From NCBI GenBank assembly GCA_002189035.1, contig NEEC01000323.1, forward strand, positions 1 through 24,285: DNA of 24,285 bases, read 5' to 3'. Below, piece by piece: positions 21,301-24,285 of the stretch (within the stretch, counting starts at the first letter, position 1; every line of letters starts with the position of its first letter). The notes under the pieces were generated by a model. That model saw nothing but the letters and a program-made list of their open reading frames with translations. It was not told where the DNA came from and made no database searches. The DNA is from Utricularia gibba. Lineage: Eukaryota > Plantae > Magnoliophyta. The translations under genes were made by a program, and so were the position numbers.

Positions 21301-24285
21301 CCTGGAACGGGACAAAGGTAATGTTTGGCTTGCACCGAGAGTTAGTTGTAGTCCGGCAAATAAAGTGATGTATTTATTATCGTTCGGTTTTCGGGGGCTG
21401 CCTACATGGTTTTTCAAGGAACCGCTTCTCGTTTTGTGGCGGCCAGTCTCGCTGGGAACTTGGTCCTTGACCCCGATTCTGTATGGCTCATGAGGTCAAC
21501 TGGATGCAAATCGATTAAAAAAAATGATGCATTTGTTTAAATTATGATGTCACGTGCACCCCACATGATTTTTTCAACAACTTACTTTATACTTGAGCAG
21601 GCGGTCTTTGGGTGCACCTGGAACGGGACAAAGGTAAGTTTGGCTTGCACGAGAGTTAGTTGTAGTCCGGCAAATAAAGTGATGTATTTATTATCGTTCG
21701 GTTTTCGGGGTGCCTACATGGTTTTTCAAGGAACCGCTTCTCGTTTTGTGGCGGCCAGTCTCGCTGGGAACTTGGTCCTTGACCCGATTCTGTATGGCTC
21801 ATGAGGTCAACTGGATGCAAATCGATTAAAAAAAATGATGCATTTGTTTAAATTATGATGTCACGTGCACCCCACATGATTTTTAACAACTTACTTTATA
21901 CTTGAGCAGGCGGTCTTTGGGTGCACCTGGAACGGACAAAGGTAAGTTTGGCTTGCACCGAGAGTTAGTTGTAGTCCGGCAAATAAAGTGATGTATTTAT
22001 TATCGTTCGGTTTTCGGGGGTGCCTACATGGTTTTTCAAGGAACGCTTCTCGTTTTGTGGCGGCCAGTCTCGCTGGGAACTTGGTCCTTGACCCCGATTC
22101 TGTATGGCTCATGAGGTCAACTGGATGCAAATCGATTAAAAAAAAATGATGCATTTTTTAAATTATGATGTCACGTGCACCCCACATGATTTTTTCAACA
22201 ACTTACTTTATACTTGAGCAGGCGGTCTTTGGGTGCACCTGGAACGGGACAAAGGTAATGTTTGGCTTGCACCGAGAGTTAGTTGTAGTCCGGCAAATAA
22301 AGTGATGTATTTATTATCGTTCGGTTTTCGGGTTGCCTACATGGTTTTTCAAGGAACCGCTTCTCGTTTTTGTGCGGCCAGTCTCGCTGGAACTTGGTCC
22401 TTGCCCCGATTCTGTATGGCTCATGAGGTCAACTGGATGCAAATCGATTAAAAAAAAATGATGCATTTTTTAAATTATGATGTCACGTGCACCCACATGA
22501 TTTTTTCAACAACTTACTTTATACTTGAGCAGGCGGTCTTGGGTGCACTTGGAACGGGACAAAGGTAAGTTTGGCTTGCACCGAGAGTTAGTTGTAGTCC
22601 GGCAAATAAAGTGATGTATTTATTATCGTTCGGTTTTCGGGGCTGCCTACATGGTTTTTCAAGGAACAGCTTCTCGTTTTGTGGCGGCCAGTCTCGCTGG
22701 GAACTTGGTCCTTGACCCCGATTCTGTATGGCTCATGAGGTCAACTGGATGCAAATCGATTAAAAAAATGATGCATTTGTTTAAATTATGATGTCACGTG
22801 CACCCACATGATTTTTTCAACAACTTACTTTATACTTGAGCAGGCGGTCTTTGGGTGCACCTGGAACGGGACAAAGGTTTTGGCTTGCCGAGAGTTAGTT
22901 GTAGTCCGGCAAATAAAGTGATGTATTTATTATCGTTCGGTTTTCGGGGGCTGCCTACATGGTTTTTCAAGGAACAGCTTCTCGTTTTTGGCGGCCAGTC
23001 TCGCTGGGAACTTGGTCCTTGACCCGATTCTGTATGGCTCATGAGGTCAACTGGATGCAAATCGATTAAAAAAAATGATGCATTTGTTTAAATTATGATG
23101 TCACGTGCACCCACATGATTTTTTCAACAACTTACTTTATACTTGAGCAGGCGGTCTTTGGGTGCACCTGGAACGGGACAAAGGTAATGTTTGGCTTGCA
23201 CCGAGAGTTAGTTGTAGTCCGGCAAATAAAGTGATGTATTTATTATCGTTCGGTTTTTCGGGGCTGCCTACATGGTTTTTCAAGGAACCGCTTCTCGTTT
23301 TGTGGCGGCCAGTCTCGCTGGAACTTGGTCCTTGACCCGATTCTGTATGGCTCATGAGGTCAACTGGATGCAAATCGATTAAAAAAAATGATGCATTTGT
23401 TTAAAATTATGATGTCACGTGCACCCCACATGATTTTTTCAACAACTTACTTTATACTTGAGCAGGCGGTCTTTGGGTGCACCTGGAACGGGACAAAGGT
23501 AATGTTTGGCTTGCACCGAGAGTTAGTTGTAGCCAAATAAAGTGATGTATTTATTATCGTTCGGTTTTCGGGGCTGCCTACATGGTTTTTCAAGGAACAG
23601 CTTCTCGTTTTGTGGCGGCCAGTCTCGCTGGGAACTTGGTCCTTGACCCCGATTCTGTATGGCTCATGAGGTCAACTGGATGCAAATCGATTAAAAAAAA
23701 TGATGCATTTCTTTAAATTATGATGTCACGTGCACCCCATGATTTTTTCAACAACTTACTTTATACTTGAGCAGGCGGTCTTTGGGTGCACCTGGAACGG
23801 GACAAAGGTAATGTTTGGCTTGCCCGAGAGTTAGTTGTAGTCTGGCAAATAAAGTGATGTATTTATTATCGTTCGGTTTTCGGGGCTGCCTACATGGTTT
23901 TTCAAGGAACCGCTTCTCGTTTTGTGGCGGCCAGTCTCGCTGGGAACTTGGTCCTTGACCCGATTCTGTATGGCTCATGAGGTCAACTGGATGCAAATCG
24001 ATTAAAAAAATGATGCATTTGTTTAAATTATGATGTCACGTGCACCCACATGATTTTTCAACAACTTACTTTATACTTGAGCAGGCGGTCTTTGGGTGCA
24101 CCTGGAACGGGACAAAGGTAAGTTTGGCTTGCACCGAGAGTTAGTTGTAGTCCGGCAAATAAAAGTGATGTATTTATTATCGTTCGGTTTTCGGGGGCTG
24201 CCTACATGGTTTTTCAAGGAACGCTTCTCGTTTTGTGGCGGCCAGTCTCGCTGGGAACTTGGTCCTTGACCCCGATTCTGTATGG
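15360..24285. repeat. Homogeneous domain: ~29 consecutive B-type monomers (M50-M78)
   Basis: Every monomer has CTTGAGCAGG, and all anchors inside the domain are TTATGATGTCACGTG. No GATCAGCTTAGG or GATATC occurs after ~15.36 kb. Confidence 0.92.
17528..17841. repeat. Representative B-type monomer (B-b-y, M57)
   Basis: Near-consensus copy of the dominant subtype, used as the reference for the internal half-to-half comparison. Confidence 0.9.

Larger units (their letters stand above)
1..24285. repeat. Tandem satellite DNA array, ~310-bp monomer, ~78.5 copies, single orientation; family not recognised
   Basis: RTCACGTG anchor found 78 times (CACGTG at 216, 522, 829, 1142 ... 23727, 24037), spacing 297-317 bp, mean 309.4. 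Sequence between anchors is alignable throughout and no unique DNA is present. Both window ends fall inside monomers, so the array extends beyond the window. Confidence 0.99.

Noticed and set aside
13193-23726. Possible 11-monomer period of the AACAGC allele in B monomers (M43, 54, 65, 76)
   Set aside because: The allele also occurs at M40, 45, 46, 52, 58, 67, 73 and 74. With 12 carriers such spacings arise easily, and its partner marker (GACCCC) is a noisy homopolymer.
257-23996. All ORFs in the supplied track (60-104 aa, both strands)
   Set aside because: They are translations of the same repeat in different frames, break at homopolymer indels, never exceed about one monomer and resemble no protein family I recognise. 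No CDS is called.
1-24285. CRISPR array or other repeat-spacer system
   Set aside because: There are no unique spacers. The whole 310-bp unit is repeated, the variable blocks are homologous alleles, and no cas-like gene is present.

Overview
The whole 24,285-nt window is one uninterrupted head-to-tail tandem array of a ~310-bp satellite-type repeat, about 44-45% GC. I located 78 copies of the anchor CACGTG, from 216 to 24037, giving a mean period of 309.4 bp and ~78.5 copies. I see no genes, RNA genes, CRISPR array, inserted element or strand switch, and every listed ORF is a by-product of the repeat. I do not recognise the family or host; eukaryotic satellite DNA is an inference. Monomers are numbered M0 (partial, 1-215), M1 (216-521) up to M78 (24037-end), cut at CACGTG. 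The interesting content is nested structure. (1) The 310-mer is a diverged dimer of ~155-bp halves. (2) Monomers are built from three two-allele blocks (left A/B, middle a/b, right x/y), giving four main types R=A-a-x, B=B-b-y, P=A-a-y, Q=A-b-y, best explained by an ancestral ~618-bp R-B dimer plus recombinants. (3) A 6-monomer higher-order repeat P-Q-R-B-R-B (~1.85 kb) occupies 829-6386. (4) A privately marked sub-lineage recurs exactly every 10 monomers (~3.09 kb). (5) The array grades into a B-only domain from 15360 onward that has its own allele. Most copy-to-copy noise is homopolymer or short deletions, typical of long-read-derived sequence, so single-monomer oddities may be artefacts. 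All classification was done by eye.
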